From Eledone cirrhosa (lineage: Eukaryota): DNA of 64,000 bases. Each line of letters begins with the position of its first letter. Position 1 is the first letter of the stretch. A program made the position numbers and the translations under genes. Positions 1 to 13,838 of the stretch are shown piece after piece. Under the pieces are notes generated by a model that made no database searches, was not told the DNA's origin, and worked only from the letters and a program-made list of their open reading frames with translations. The DNA is taken from NCBI GenBank assembly GCA_964016885.1, contig OZ024749.1:38316001-38380000 (forward strand). The letters are read 5' to 3'.

Positions 1-169
1 CTTAATCATAACAACAACAACAACACCAACATAACGTCATCGTCACCATAACAACATTAACGACAAACATCACAACAGCAACATCATAATTATAACAACA
101 TCACCAACATCATAAAATCCTCATCATCTCAACATTGCCACATTGCCACATCACAACATACACAACAAC

Positions 170-436
170 ATGGTGTCCGTGGCTCTACCGTACTGCCAAC
201 CCACCACCCAAATAGTATAAAATTAATTGTTTCTACATTAGGCACAAGGCCAGCAATTTTAGTGGAGGGGAAAGTCGATTAAATCGACCCCAGTGCATTG
301 CTGGTACATTATTTTATCGACCCCGTGAGGATGAAAGTCAAAGCTACTCTCGGTGGGATTTGAAATCAGATCATAAATGGGCGTAACTCTATGCTGCAAG
401 GTTGGACGCTCTACCGATACTACCAATCCACTGCCC
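170..436 (-). mobile_element. tRNA-derived SINE (Deu/Nin-domain-like central region)
   Basis: Reverse complement shows a box-A-like TGGTAGTATCGGTAGAGC, a box-B-like ATTTCAAATCCC and the family body CTTTCATCCTCACGGGGTCGATAAAATAATGTACCAG seen many times in the window. Confidence 0.8.
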
Positions 437-818
437 AAATAATATAAAAATAATACAAGATCATAAATGGGCGTAACTCTATGCTGCAAGGTTGGACGCT
501 CTACCGATACTGCCAATCCACTGCCCAAATAATATTAAAATAATACAAGATCATAAATGGGCATAACTCTATGCTGCAAGGTTGGACGCTCTACCGATAC
601 TGCCAATCCACTGCCCAAATAATATAAAAATAATACAAGATCATAAATGGGCATAACTCTATGCTGCAAGGTTGGACGCTCTACCGATACTGCCAATCCA
701 CTGCCCAAATATTATAAAAATAATACAAGATCATAAATGGGCGTAATTCTATGCTGCAAGGCTGGACGCTCTACCGATACTGCCAATCCACTGCCCAAAT
801 AATATAAAAATAATACAA
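368..818. repeat. Five tandem copies of a 90-bp unit made of the SINE head plus flank
   Basis: AGATCATAAATGGGC recurs at 368, 458, 548, 638 and 728. Confidence 0.9.
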
Positions 819-1539
819 GTGATTTGGTTAGAGAGTGGTAGGAGTGAAAAGTTCAATTCATCATTAGTTAAATGCGTGAATCTTCTTGCTCAAAGACTGA
901 ACGTGCCATCAAGTAATCGAATTCACAACCTCACGGTCTCAAATCAAGCACTTCAACCACTAAGTCATACGTCTCCATAATTATATAGTAAGTAGTGAAG
1001 GAAAGCAAGATTGGTGCATTTCGAAATAATCAACGTTATCTAAATATTCATTTCTAAATAAATAAAATTATCAGAATCACGAACATATTTGGATTATATG
1101 TATGTCTGTGTGTGTAGCAGTATGCTAACACAATTATGAATATATTTGATGTGTATGTGTGTATATGTGTGTATGTTTAAGTATGTGAGTGAGTGTGTGA
1201 GTATGTACGTAGCAGCATGGTATTATAAACAACATATCTGAGGGGTGTGTGTTTATATATATCTGTGTATCTGCGTGAGAGAGAGAGATAGAGGATGTAT
1301 GTGTGCGTATGTAGTATCTAGTAGTAATGGCGTCCATATCAGAAGGTTCAGTAACTTGGGACTATGTTGGAAGTTAATAGGCCGAGATATATAATACATC
1401 AGAATATATGAAGATTCTATTAAATCATCGCTTATTACAGAAGAAATTAGTTGTGTAAAGAATGGAGAAGAAAGGGAAATAAAGAGAATAGATGGTGTTA
1501 TCGAGAGAATACTACAATACAATAACAGAGAGGAGTTTG

Positions 1540-2220
1540 AGAAAACAATTATTCATGCCGCACACACGCCGACCCTTTAGAAGCCAACAGGCAAACATGC
1601 AGCATCTCATGGCAGAATTACAGAATTAGAGAACTTCAGAATATGACATGAACAAAGGTCATATATTAATCATGTTTACAACTACTACAACAACAGCAGT
1701 AGCAAATATCTTCTCACGAGAATTAGAATGAGATTTTCAGCAGTAAACTTTCCAAACTATTGCAGTGATTAATACAGGACGTATATATTAATGAATTTTG
1801 TCTTGGCGTTTATATATAAGCAATCCTTTAGTAAATAACACAGAGAAACACACAGGAATTTGCTTTTATTTAAATAAAAATAGTGAAACGAAATCCAACA
1901 TCTAAGCTAACGTTTATAACAGACGTATAAATAAGGCAATTACAGAACATCACAATTAGATATGTTCAGATGATGGTTCACAAGAGATTGTGTAACACTG
2001 AGGCTATACATTACATCTAAGTGATCAATTTCCTGAAACTATACATCACTTTATACCAGGCTATCGAAAATTAAACACACGCCATCTTCCTTACAAAGTG
2101 TACTTGGTAGCAATAATATACAACAAAATGGCAACACATACACCTGTCCCTCACTTTAATATCAGCAGTTGCGACATGGAAAATTTGTAACATGGAAAAT
2201 AACACCGTTGATAACAACAA
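1540..2220 (+). mobile_element. Very degenerate non-LTR RT relic (CR1/L2-like)
   Basis: Region near 1970-2030 reads roughly GSQEIV..LYTLHLSD, reminiscent of the GVPQGS..LFTLYxSD RT motif. Many stops. Confidence 0.25.
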
Positions 2221-2759
2221 CAACTACAATAAGTGCAAGAAATAATTTAATAAGATAAATACCAAAAACTAAAGCTGGAACTAAGCAATGCTGTAGAGCT
2301 ATAGTAGTACTAGTAATTTGTGTCATAATAGGATCATTTATGACAATGTCTGTTATAATAGAATCATAGGATAGAACTGTCTGAAAATACCTCTAAATGG
2401 TTCTCTATGATTAGTGTACAGAACGGAACGTTTAGGACAACTGGCTTTTTTTTTCAGAAAGAAAATGTCTTGCTGAAGAACACAACTCCCTGCTAGGAAT
2501 CGAATTCACGACCCTATGATTGTAAGCCGAACAGCCTAACCACTAAGGCAAAGGCCTTTCCGTGTTTGATTAAATTACTATTGGTATATTATTGATAGTT
2601 AACGTATATTTTATCGGAGTGTAATGTAAACTGAGTTCTGCTGGAGTTCATTGATCTGAAAACTGAAGACACAATCGTGGGAGATAGGATTTCTACTGCA
2701 GACGTAAGATAGGAATATTAAACACGAAATAATTCTACAAGCTAGTCAAGTTCATAATG

Positions 2760-3300
2760 TAACGATTGGTACTTTCGTTCAAATTTATTGGAGACTAGCA
2801 AAACTATACATTTTCGAAAACTTTAGGACATACTGTTGCCCTTTTTTTTTAAGGTGTCTGTGGTGGCCATCTTGGAATTTCAAAATGGTGACTACCGATA
2901 AACTTTTCCAACAGTATCTCAAATTCTAACCAACTGGGCTTCTAATTTTAGTGGCTAATTTAACATAATAACAATAATAATAATGATAAAAATAATAATA
3001 ATAATCAAATGCCAGGTAATTACTTCATTAGTGTTTATAATTTTTCAGACCAATGAACAACGTGGCCACAGCAACGTTACCACGACTTGGTAGACAGCAA
3101 CAAGAGACAATTGACTGGAAACGGTGTATTTTGTGCCCACAAGATGCAGGCCCGTTTGTGTTACAACCAAAATTATATTCATACCATAGTTTGTTAGCTG
3201 AAGTGAAGGAGCGAGCATTACTGCATGATGGTGCATTTGTCAAAATTCAAAAGAGGCTAGAAGACTGCACAACAGAAACTTTAACTGGAGCTACTGGGAC
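2760..3300 (+). mobile_element. Possible DNA-transposon 5' relic (Academ-like)
   Basis: GGCCATCTTGGAATTTCAAAATGG subterminal-type motif at ~2864-2888 and ORF 3053-3352 with IDWKRCILC, resembling Cys-rich N-termini of such elements (recognition from memory). Confidence 0.3.
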
Positions 3301-3384
3301 AACATATATATGTTTACTTGACCTGCTAGAAGTACCAGTCAAATCTCTCTAAAGTGACACACACTCACTCACACACACACACAC

Positions 3385-3459
<75 letters not shown>

Positions 3460-4114
3460 CATACACATACACACATACACACACACATATGAACACACAC
3501 ACACACACGTGTCTTTAAAACAGAGAAATAACACGCATTCGATAATGTAGACTGAGATAAAGTTAGGGTGGTCATGGCTAGAACGTCCACGATAATTAGT
3601 GTTTCCACTCGGTTCGGGTAAACACAGGCCTAAACACCCTCGTCGACACATGGATAATTCTTTATGGTATTTAGTTATGTCCCTTTACGTTTTGTGTTCA
3701 GATCCCGTCATTGATGTCTTTACATATAATAAGCCTTCCAGTGTCAATAAAATAAAATACTCGTACCAGTAATTAACAGAGGACAATCTAATTGGCTTTA
3801 CCATGCATGACGTGCGCAATGATGACATCAACAGGAGTTTGACGCAGAACTGAAAAAAGAGAACGTAATAAATATCGCATGTCATTTTATCCCATGCGTA
3901 ATGATTGCCAATTCGTCATCCAGATGTTTTGTTATTTAGTTATTTTCCTTTATATTTTTAGTTGTAATCTGACAGTCGACTAAAACGAAGCAATCAATGG
4001 CATTGCAGAGAATTGTACACCCTAAAGCAAATATAAACAGATTGTAAACGAAGATTTACAAAATTGTCGTAGATAAAAAGAATGTTGGTAGAAATCTTAT
4101 CAATGTGGATTATT

Positions 4115-4276
4115 GTCTGGCAGTATCAGTAGAGGGCATAGAGTTACCTCCCTGTATGATCTGAGTTCAAATCCCGCCGAGGTTAACTTTGCCTTTCATC
4201 CTTAAGGGGTCGATAAAATAAAGTACCAGTAATGCACTGGTTAATTGCTGGCCTTGTGCCAAAAGTAGAAACAATT
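4115..4276 (+). mobile_element. tRNA-derived SINE
   Basis: TGGCAGTATCAGTAGAG, GAGTTCAAATCCCGCCGAGGTTAACTTTGCCTTTCATCC...GGCCTTGTGCCAAAAGTAGAAACAATT. Confidence 0.85.
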
Positions 4277-4299
4277 ATTGTATAAGGTGGGTAAGGAGA

Positions 4300-5275
4300 A
4301 CGCTAGAACGCTTGCAGAATATTTGGTAAACAGTAATGAAGTGTTGTTCTAATATGCAGCAAAAGACATGAATATAGAAGATGTTGAACTGGTTGGCAAG
4401 AAAGAGTTTAACCAAAGATTTGAAGAGAAAAGAAAAGAAGACCTGGAAATGAGAATGCACGGCCAGTCTGAAAGAAATACACAGGACATAAAAAATAAAG
4501 CAACATAATCTGACATTGCTAAAGTAAGGCGATTTGAAGTGTATCAATAAAAGCCTTATAATTGTAGCAAAATACCAAACTCTTGCTGCCAATTCGGTGA
4601 AGTATAACATCTACAAAATTTTAACACCCACAAATACATACTCTGTAAAACGATGTGAAAAATGTAACCGACTTGGTAAGTGGATGAGAGAGCCTTGTGC
4701 AAAAATAATACAAGCGCCGCACTGATAAAGTCTGTTTCTACCTTCATTGGCTGTTATGTGGTAAAAGCCAATACGAAGTAATAGAGAATTGATATGAGCA
4801 TGTGTTTTGTTAAGTACTGCAGGAGGGTGTGAAAGCAACGATATAGTGGGATGATGATTTTCAAACTGATAGAGTGATTGAGCATCGCCGACCCGACATT
4901 CTTGTATTGCACAGCAATGATAAATATTGTCAGATCATAAATGCAACCAAACCAAATGACACGAATATTGTAAGTAAAGAGGTCGAAAGAATCACAAAAT
5001 GGAGGTGGCAAGACTGTTTGGAATGCAAGCGGGTAATGTGAAAGTGATATCAGCTATGATCAGGGCGCTAGCGTCAAATCCGTTGAAACTACAAGACTTC
5101 TTAAAGCGGTTGGGGAACACCATGCAAGATTGGTGTCATATAAACATCAGCCTTGCTAGACACTGCACACATTTTAAGGAAAGTATTATCAGTCAGGGGT
5201 CCTTGTTGTGACGTGACAGATGACTAAATACTCTTGTACATTTTCCATCTACTCTGCATGACAAAGTAATGCTAT
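4300..5275 (+). mobile_element. Degenerate R4/Dong-like non-LTR retrotransposon 3' part (restriction-like endonuclease)
   Basis: 4847-4903 translates WDDDFQTDRVIEHRRPDIL (RLE RPD motif). Upstream CEKC Cys motif. Many stops and frameshifts. Confidence 0.6.
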
Positions 5276-5420
5276 TAATAACTGTTTCTACTTTTGGCAC
5301 AAGGCCAGCTCTATGCTGCAAAGCATGGCGTCCGACCCTCTACCGATACTGCCAATCCACCGCCCTTACTATTAATAACAATAATGTTGATGATGATAAT
5401 GATGATAATAATGATGATGG

Positions 5421-5475
<55 letters not shown>

Positions 5476-6275
5476 CAAACATAACAACAACAAAGAAATA
5501 ACAATTTAAACGGCAAATGTTATTCATATAGTTTTCCTATAATTAGCTACGATTCTAATAACTGATCGATCTTGCCTATAATAGATCGATATGCTCTAAG
5601 ACATGTTTTTTTCTTTCTTTGAGTTGGCATATTACACAAGATTTCATGAAGCAATTTCCGCTACTAAACTTGTTTTTGTTTCATGTTATATTCTGACGGA
5701 AAAAAAATAGTAATAAACAAGTAGAAGAAAAAGAAAGAAAATGTTTGTTTTTGTCATTGCATTCTTTTAATTTCTTTCTTTCTCTCTTTGCTTTATTTAT
5801 TTTATTTATTTTGTTTCCCTTCCTTTCCACTTCGTTCCCATATTCCCTGACCTTACATTAATTGAGGTTAACAATTAATTAACTATAATAATTTCCTCTG
5901 TAGTTGTAGCAGTTTGTTTGTTTGTCTGTGTTTGTTGGCTGATTAAATCAATAGATGTGTGCTGCATTGCATAGTTGGTGCCAACTGGCTCCGATTCACA
6001 GTCGATATGGTTGTAAAATGGCTACTGTCGATAGGTTAGTTAGATAGTAAATTTTTCATTGAGAAATGTTTCTCTTTATAGTTCTCTCTCTCTCTCTGCT
6101 TTCTTTCTATCTCTAGCTCTTTCTCTCTCCCTCTCTCACTCTTGCTTTCTCCCTCCCTCTCTCCCCTGTTTCTTTCTCTGTATATATATATCTTGCTCTT
6201 TCTCCAGTTCTCCCGCCATTATACTCTCTCTATCCTGCTTTCTTTATTCCTCTCTTTCTTTTGTTTTCTCTCCTG

Positions 6276-6338
<63 letters not shown>

Positions 6339-7250
6339 ACTTTCTCTCTCTCTCCTGATCTCTCTCCTTCTCTCTCTCTCTCTCTCTCCCTCTCTCTCAC
6401 TGACTTTCTCTCTCTTTCTTCTTCTCTCTGTCTCTCTTCGTTTTACCATGCTTACAAAAGCTGGACGAAGCCAGGAGCTTATCCAGTGTCCAACTAAGAG
6501 TTTAAGACTCTGCAACCTCACCTTCCTGGACAGGATGCCAGTGCCTCGCATAGCGACTTCCCTCTCCAATCCCACTAGCTGCCACTAGTAATCACTTCCA
6601 ACTAAGTGAGACTGCAACAACAGGAACCGAAGCCATGGCCTTATAAAAGTGAACCCAACAGCCTACCAACAAGACAATGCTTGATAACATTACAGATAAA
6701 AACCAAACGTTTATCTTCAGATCTGAAATATAATCCCTTTAGTCATATTCACCTCTCTGATGGTGTAAATGTATCACCCACCCCCCACCCCACCCTCCCG
6801 GATAGTATGATAGTCCATTTGCAGATAAACTTCCCATATTGGGGCAGCAGTCGAAATCAATGGAAGTTATAAGTGCCACGACACACTTGGAGTCAGTTCC
6901 ACCTCCCGACCTGTGAACTTGCGATACTACATATAACCTAATCGAATAATTTATCAATCCATCAAATTCTATCACTGAGTTCGAATTTTTCTCATGAGTA
7001 GGGACAGGTAACTACAAAAGCTTCACAAATGGAAAAAAAATGTTTTCGAAGGTCAGTGGGGTGCGGCAGATGAAAGGAAGATAATGTCTAATCGCAATGG
7101 CGATGCACAGCTTGCATCCAAGAAAACACCTCGGAAACACTTCCCTGTACAAGTCAACGGCTATGACCCATTTTCCAATCGCCTAAGAAAGTAAACGCCA
7201 GTTTGCCATAAATGTTATAATATATATATATATATATATATTTGTGTGTG

Positions 7251-7301
<51 letters not shown>

Positions 7302-7334
7302 CTATGTGTGCATGTATGTCTCATATATAAATGA

Positions 7335-7376
7335 GCTCAACAAGAAATATTTCGTTTGAGTGAAATCATCAGGAAA
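7335..7376 (-). ncRNA. Hammerhead ribozyme-like motif, degenerate (family D)
   Basis: Minus strand: UUC-CUGAUGA-UUUCACUCAAAC-GAAAU-AUUUCUU-GUU-GAG. Homologous to 19997-20038. Confidence 0.45.
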
Positions 7377-7468
7377 AGAATGAAATTATGGTTCTCCACC
7401 GTTTAACTTCGGAAAACCATATGTATATGTATATACACATGAATATATATACGCACGCACGTATACAA

Positions 7469-7534
<66 letters not shown>

Positions 7535-8726
7535 GCTGTAGGTATGTTTTTACAAAATATATATACAGATATATATATATATAGCTATGTGTGTTGTAGG
7601 TAAGTTTTTACAAAACATATATACATATATATATATATATATATAATGCACCAGTTATTAAAAATATATAATTATAAATTAGTAAACGAGAGTAAAAACA
7701 GAAAACAATATAATAAATAATGATTAATTATGGTCGTCCTTAATTATGTCCAATAATTTATTAACTCCAGTTAATATTCTCTTTTGTTTTTGCCAGATTT
7801 AGAAGGTAATATGGCGAATTAAGCATGTAATATATTACATAGTCCTATGTTGTTCGTGTGAATATCGTATATATCGTGTGTATGTATATATGTTTGTGTA
7901 ACTGTACATATACATATACATATATACATATATATGTGTGTGTGTATATATATATGTGTGTATGTATGTGTATATATATATGTATGTGTATATATATATG
8001 TATGTGTATATATATATATATATATGTGTGTGTATATATATATATATGTGTGTATAAATATATGTGTGTGTGTGTGTGTGAATGTGTGTATGTACGTGTG
8101 TGTGTACGTGTGTGTTTATGTTTATATGAGCGTGTGTCTAAATCTCTTAGAAACTCATAGATACATATGCATAAACACAGATACATATACATAAACACAG
8201 ATACAAGCATACACACATATATGTGTATGTATATAGATCTGTGAGAATGTGTGAGTGTATTTATGAACGCGATGCTCTATCGTTTCCCTCCATTTTCCAC
8301 ACAATTAACTCTAAATTAAACAACCTTCATTATAAGTCCATTCTGATAGATTTAAAAATGTTCAAAAACTTTTCTTCAATCATAAAATACAAATTCATAT
8401 CAACATTTATTGTGATTAATAGAAAATAACACGTATGATATATATTTTTTATCATATTGCACTATGGTTGTGATTATATATATATATATAAACACATATA
8501 TATACCTACATATATATATATGTAATTATTTTCCTTCTTTTAGATATATATATATATATATATTTAAAAAAAAGGAAAAGAATTACTTCACTTGAAGTTC
8601 TTAACAGTTTGATTTAATTTTAAAATATTATGATTTGGTAGATCTAGTAAGTTCTTTATTAACTTAAATACACCTAATCATACCAAGGATATCACACATT
8701 TTCCAATATATATATATACATATATA

Positions 8727-8870
8727 TAGAAGTGGTTATTACGAGCTGAGGATCCGCTGAGGTGAAACAATTGTTCTCGGTATCGTGAACTAACTGTTGT
8801 GTAACCACTTCTACCCATGGACTGAGTGCTCTACCACTACGGATATTACCTTCCAGTGTTCTACCACTAT
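8727..8870 (+). mobile_element. Short (TA)n-flanked Penelope-type pLTR-like insert, family A
   Basis: Contains the HHR, homologous to 16415-16560 (minus) and 38445-38515 (minus), with (TA)n on both sides. Confidence 0.65.
8742..8779 (+). ncRNA. Minimal type-I hammerhead ribozyme (family A)
   Basis: CGAG-CUGAGGA-UCC-GCUGA-GGU-GAAAC-AAUU-GUU/CUCG. Helix I CGAG/CUCG, palindromic AAUU loop III, predicted cleavage after 8775. Confidence 0.8.
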
Positions 8871-8879
8871 ATATATATA

Positions 8880-9048
8880 GCGAAGGAAATGTGGTAAGGA
8901 ACCAGGTGGACCATAACGCACCAAAGTACTCAATACTTAGGGTAGTAGAGTGGGTAATAGGAACGAGTAGGACCCCGACGGCTATTTAGTCCAGAATTAG
9001 CCGTCGAAACAGCTTGATCTCAGCCGTCGGGGTCCTACTCGTTCCTAT
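8880..9048 (-). mobile_element. (TA)n-flanked insert with terminal fold-back, family F
   Basis: Inverted arms 8958-8983 / 9022-9047 (TAGGAACGAGTAGGACCCCGACGGCT). Homologous to 27418-27730 and 53347-53528. Confidence 0.7.
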
Positions 9049-9188
9049 ATATATATATAGTTTTTATAGTTTTTATAGAATTCCTTTTTCTTTAAATCCC
9101 TCAACCAATGACCTCCCCCCATCCCAATCACCACCCTCTCCTACCACTAGACAATGTATAAATACCATCGTATTACTTGGACAGTTCA

Positions 9189-9310
9189 TTTCCTGATGAT
9201 TTCTCCCGAATGAAACAGTTCTAGTCCTTTTCTATATTAAATAGTCATACTCTGCAATGTATTGTGTACCTTACTTATTGTTGTTACTCCCGATTGAATC
9301 CGGGATAAAA
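9189..9310 (+). mobile_element. Family D insert with damaged HHR
   Basis: UUUC-CUGAUGA-UUUCUCCCGAAU-GAAACAGUUCUAGUCC. The 3' strand (GUAGAAG in the 10861 copy) is deleted. 3' end matches 10785-10860 (minus). Confidence 0.55.
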
Positions 9311-9436
9311 TATATATATATAAATATATATGAATAAATTTAGTCCTTCATCAGTGATCTTCCAACCTTCATTGGTATTTCATTATATTTATATATATAT
9401 ATATATATATGCATATTTATTTATTAATTTATAAAA

Positions 9437-9670
9437 TAGAGGTGTGACACACGAGTTGTGATATATTAGTGAAAAGGAAAAGAAAATGCTGACAAATTTT
9501 TCCCAGTGAAAAATAGTTTAATTAGGAATAAGTATAAATTAGTAATAAGTATTAGTTAGTATTCAGTTTTAGTTTTGTGTTTTTACCGGTTGCGTATTTC
9601 TAATGCCTTTCAAAAATAATTTTGCTCGTGATTTTTGCTCTAATCTAGCGCAGATTCTCTATTCAGAGTT
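9437..9670. mobile_element. Dispersed AT-rich repeat, family G
   Basis: Homologous to 14405-14552 and 49420-49853 (AGAAAATGCTGACAAATT...TTTTACCGGTTGCG). Confidence 0.7.
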
Positions 9671-9687
9671 TCCCTCTCCTACGTAAG

Positions 9688-9697
9688 TATACATACA

Positions 9698-9733
<36 letters not shown>

Positions 9734-9805
9734 CATATATAGATACATACATACATATATATACATACATACGTTCGTACGTACGTACGGATGTACGTAC
9801 ATACA

Positions 9806-9839
<34 letters not shown>

Positions 9840-9999
9840 CATACATACATTCATACATACATACGTACATACACATATACATACATACATACACACATAC
9901 ATACGTACATACGTGCATTATACATACATACATACATACATGCGCACATACAACATACATACACACATACATACATACATACATACATACATACATACA

Positions 10000-10033
<34 letters not shown>

Positions 10034-10240
10034 CATACATACACACATACATACGTACATACGTGCATATATACATACGTACATACATACATACATACAT
10101 GCGCACATACAACATACATACATACACACACATACATACATACATGCATACATACATACATAGATACATGCATACATACATACATACATACATACATACA
10201 TACACACATACACACATACATACATACATACATACATACA

Positions 10241-10272
<32 letters not shown>

Positions 10273-10275
10273 CAT
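9688..10275. repeat. (TACA)n compound microsatellite
   Basis: Direct reading. Confidence 0.95.
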
Positions 10276-10539
10276 TAGTGTACACTTCAATATATGAATA
10301 AAACGAATATATAAGGAAGAGAGGAATGAATGTTGACAATTTTAGGCTCGGAGACATAAGCTTTATGTTCTTGACATTTCCGATATAAACAATTCATCTG
10401 ATAACAGAAGTAGAAGACCCCCCCCCCTCCCCCCCAAAAAGAAAAGATGAATTTCAAGAGAGATTTCATGAAAAGAAATGCATTCAGAAAACAGGTTTTT
10501 ACATCACCACTATTTTGAAATCTCATATATGTATGCGTA

Positions 10540-10747
<208 letters not shown>

Positions 10748-10784
10748 AATATGTATATTTGTGTGTGTGTATATATATATATAT

Positions 10785-10952
10785 AAGTTATTCCGGGTTG
10801 AATCGGAGGTAACCACAGTAAGTAAGGTACTCAATACATAGCAGAGTATAAATGTTTTAATATAGAAGAGCTTCTACAGGACGAGAACTGTTTCATTCGT
10901 GATGATTTCTCACGAATGAAACAGTTCTAGTCCTGTAGAAGCTCTTCTATAT
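10785..10952. mobile_element. Family D insert with ~42-bp-arm fold-back (10861-10952) through the HHR
   Basis: TATAGAAGAGCTTCTACAGGAC...TTCGTGA-tgatttc-TCACGAATGAAACAGTTCTAGTCCTGTAGAAGCTCTTCTATA, flanked by (TA)n. Confidence 0.75.
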
Positions 10953-11106
10953 ATATATATATATATATATATGTAGATAAATCTACCAAGAGTTTACGGT
11001 AGTGTCCAATCCGTATGAAGAACTCAATGTATTCCGGATATCATGGAAAGAAGAGATGTAATGAAAATCGACTTTCGGTGAAAGATAAACGGTATACAGA
11101 GTCAAG

Positions 11107-11510
11107 ATAAAATATTAAACAAATAATGAACAAACAATTCCTTATATTAAACAAAAAAAGTTCACTATTTAACGATCGTTTCTAGGGTATATATGTGTTA
11201 TAATTGGTATGCATATTTAACAGATCTATGTACAAAATTATACAAAATTATACAAATTATCAAGATTAAATATACATACCTAACTCATATATACGCCGTC
11301 TTCAGAAATTTCTGAAGACGGCGTATATATGAGTTAGGTATGTATATTTAATCTTGATAATTTGTATAATTTTGTATAATTTTGTACATAGATCTGTTAA
11401 ATATGCATACCAATTATAACACATATATACCCTAGAAACGATCGTTAAATAGTGAACTTTTTTTGTTTAATATAAGGAATTGTTTGTTCATTATTTGTTT
11501 AATATTTTAT
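11107..11510. repeat. Apparently perfect 404-bp spacer-less palindrome (centre 11308/11309)
   Basis: CGCCGTCTTCAGAAA|TTTCTGAAGACGGCG. Arms match out to ATAAAATATTAAAC / GTTTAATATTTTAT, then (TA)n. Confidence 0.95.
11308..11450 (+). ncRNA. Type-I hammerhead with long helix II (mirror copy on minus strand at 11167-11309)
   Basis: AUUU-CUGAAGA(11312-18)-CGGCGUAUAUAUG...CAUAUAUACCCUA-GAAAC-GAUC-GUU/AAAU. Palindromic GAUC loop, helix I AUUU/AAAU. Confidence 0.7.
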
Positions 11511-11711
11511 ATATATATATATATATATTTAGGTTTGAAGGTTAACCACTGGATAGAGCTGGTCATTCCGTATGTCTTGATGTAATAATATGGAGAGTAC
11601 TCAACGTAGAGCAGCTCAACCATCTTCGTTTGTGTAGTTCGTAGTGTGAGTACGGAGTTAAATATTATAATAAAATAACAGGAGGCTGGACTTGTGTAAA
11701 TCCTTGAAAGG

Positions 11712-11792
<81 letters not shown>

Positions 11793-11856
11793 TATATACA
11801 TACATATAGTAATAATAATAAATTTGAAGACTAAAATCCAAAGAGGGCTTGATAAG

Positions 11857-12045
11857 GATGTTTATGTATATTACGTATGTGTGTGTTTATGTATAGGTGA
11901 CTTTGTGAATGTGTGCGTGTGCGTCTGGGCGCGAGAGTTTACGTGTCTGAATCAATGTATTTGTGTGTGTACTAGCATTAAGATAACTATATTTTCATTA
12001 TATATATCAACGTGATTACACACACACGCCTGTAGACCAGCATAT
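11857..12045. repeat. Local duplicate of 14935-15315 (empty site, lacking the SINE)
   Basis: Near-identical GCGCGAGAGTTTACGTGTCTGAATCAATG...ATAACTATATTTTCATTATATATAT-CAACGTG. Confidence 0.85.
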
Positions 12046-12318
12046 ATATATATATATATATATAGTTTCAGAAGATCCCTATAAGGGTGAAAGCAGCGAT
12101 TTTTTTGCTTAAACTTTAATCTGTTATTTTAATAAATAAATATATATATATATATATACAAATAATGGTATGTATGAGAAATCTTGTAAGAAATCTTGTA
12201 ACATCCCATATAATTCAGGTTGAGTGATATGTAACATTTGTGGTGTAATCTACCCTCGTAATTTTAGACACGGGTTTACTGTGTTTACTTCTACACATAT
12301 TAATATATATATATATAC

Positions 12319-12432
<114 letters not shown>

Positions 12433-12579
12433 TAAAGAGTTAAACAAGATTCAATTAGTAAATCAAAGAATGAGTTTTACAGTAGATTGGAAGCACTCTA
12501 CAAAAAAATATTTTCCAGAGTTATTAATATAATATTAAATTCAAATATTAATAAAATAGATGTTCTTGTGATCAATTAA

Positions 12580-12645
12580 ATTTTATTATACATATTTCAG
12601 AGGTATGTGAATCAGGTTCAACAGTACGTCCTCATCAGATAAAAT
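12580..12645 (-). ncRNA. Type-I hammerhead ribozyme (family E, GAAAU..AUA)
   Basis: Minus strand: AUUUUAU-CUGAUGA-GG...CCUCU-GAAAU-AUGU-AUA/AUAAAAU, 7-bp helix I. Confidence 0.65.
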
Positions 12646-13262
12646 AAAATGATACATGACATACCCTGAGATGTTAGATGGTTAAGATGTAATCAAGGTA
12701 GTGATTACCGTATGAGAAAACTCAACATTTATACCCTAATAATGAGAACATGGGAAAACGTAATAGAATCAATAGAGAAGGTGTGAGTAAGAAAAACATT
12801 GCTTTAATGTAACAGTTATAGAGTTTTAAATCTGGGATACTACAATTAGGATTATAGAGGAAGACGTCTCTGGAGTTATAATTTTTGGGCTTGAGAAAGC
12901 AACTGATAGATAATTAAAGATAGGGAGAGATAAAGGGGAGTAATTTATGCAGAAATTTTCATCGGACACATATAGACTTAGTGATTAAATTTCAAAATAT
13001 TTAATTTATGTTATTTTAGAGTGAAGAATCAAAATTTTAGGTTTTAAAAGTTGATGGTTATTTGAATTAATTTTATAATTTTTATAAAATTCGAAGTTTT
13101 ATGAAAACAAATTTAAAGGATTTACTAAGCTCGCGAAAGAAGAATATATACTGTTCAATATTCACATAAAGGTAATCTTTAACAAAATTACTTGTAACAG
13201 TGTCAACATTTTCGGTATGTATAATTTATGAAGTACATACTGTTATAAATAGCGAGGAATTT

Positions 13263-13458
<196 letters not shown>

Positions 13459-13765
13459 CGAACTCTAAATAATGATTATGTTATTGTACAATATACTTAT
13501 ATTTGCACAAACTATATATACCGTTATACCGAACAATAATTATGATTATGTTATTATACATTATAAACATAAATGTACAAAGCTATATACAGAGAAGTAC
13601 CTAACTATAATTATGAATTATGTTATTATAAGATATAAACATATTTTCAAAAACTACATATAGAGAGATATACTAAGTATTAATGAGACAGTATACTTTT
13701 GGTAAAGGAAAACGATTATACTCTTAGAAAATAGATTCAGACATGCATAACTATAAAATAAAAAG

Positions 13766-13838
<73 letters not shown>

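Noticed and set aside
5956-6040. Possible plus-strand exon (AG|ATGTGTGCT...GATAG|GTTAGT) and micro-exon near 7796-7810
   Set aside because: Short, with no recognisable protein similarity. Splice-like motifs are expected by chance and need RNA-seq.
9346-9360. Minus-strand CUGAUGA suggesting another hammerhead (also a GAAAC-AUGU motif near 49166)
   Set aside because: Only half of the core is present, with no matching partner or helix I.
11107-11510. Palindromes interpreted as MITEs with long TIRs
   Set aside because: They are asymmetric (one arm continues into a longer element), the families also occur uninverted, and several contain HHRs. An assembly artefact is not fully excluded for this mismatch-free case.
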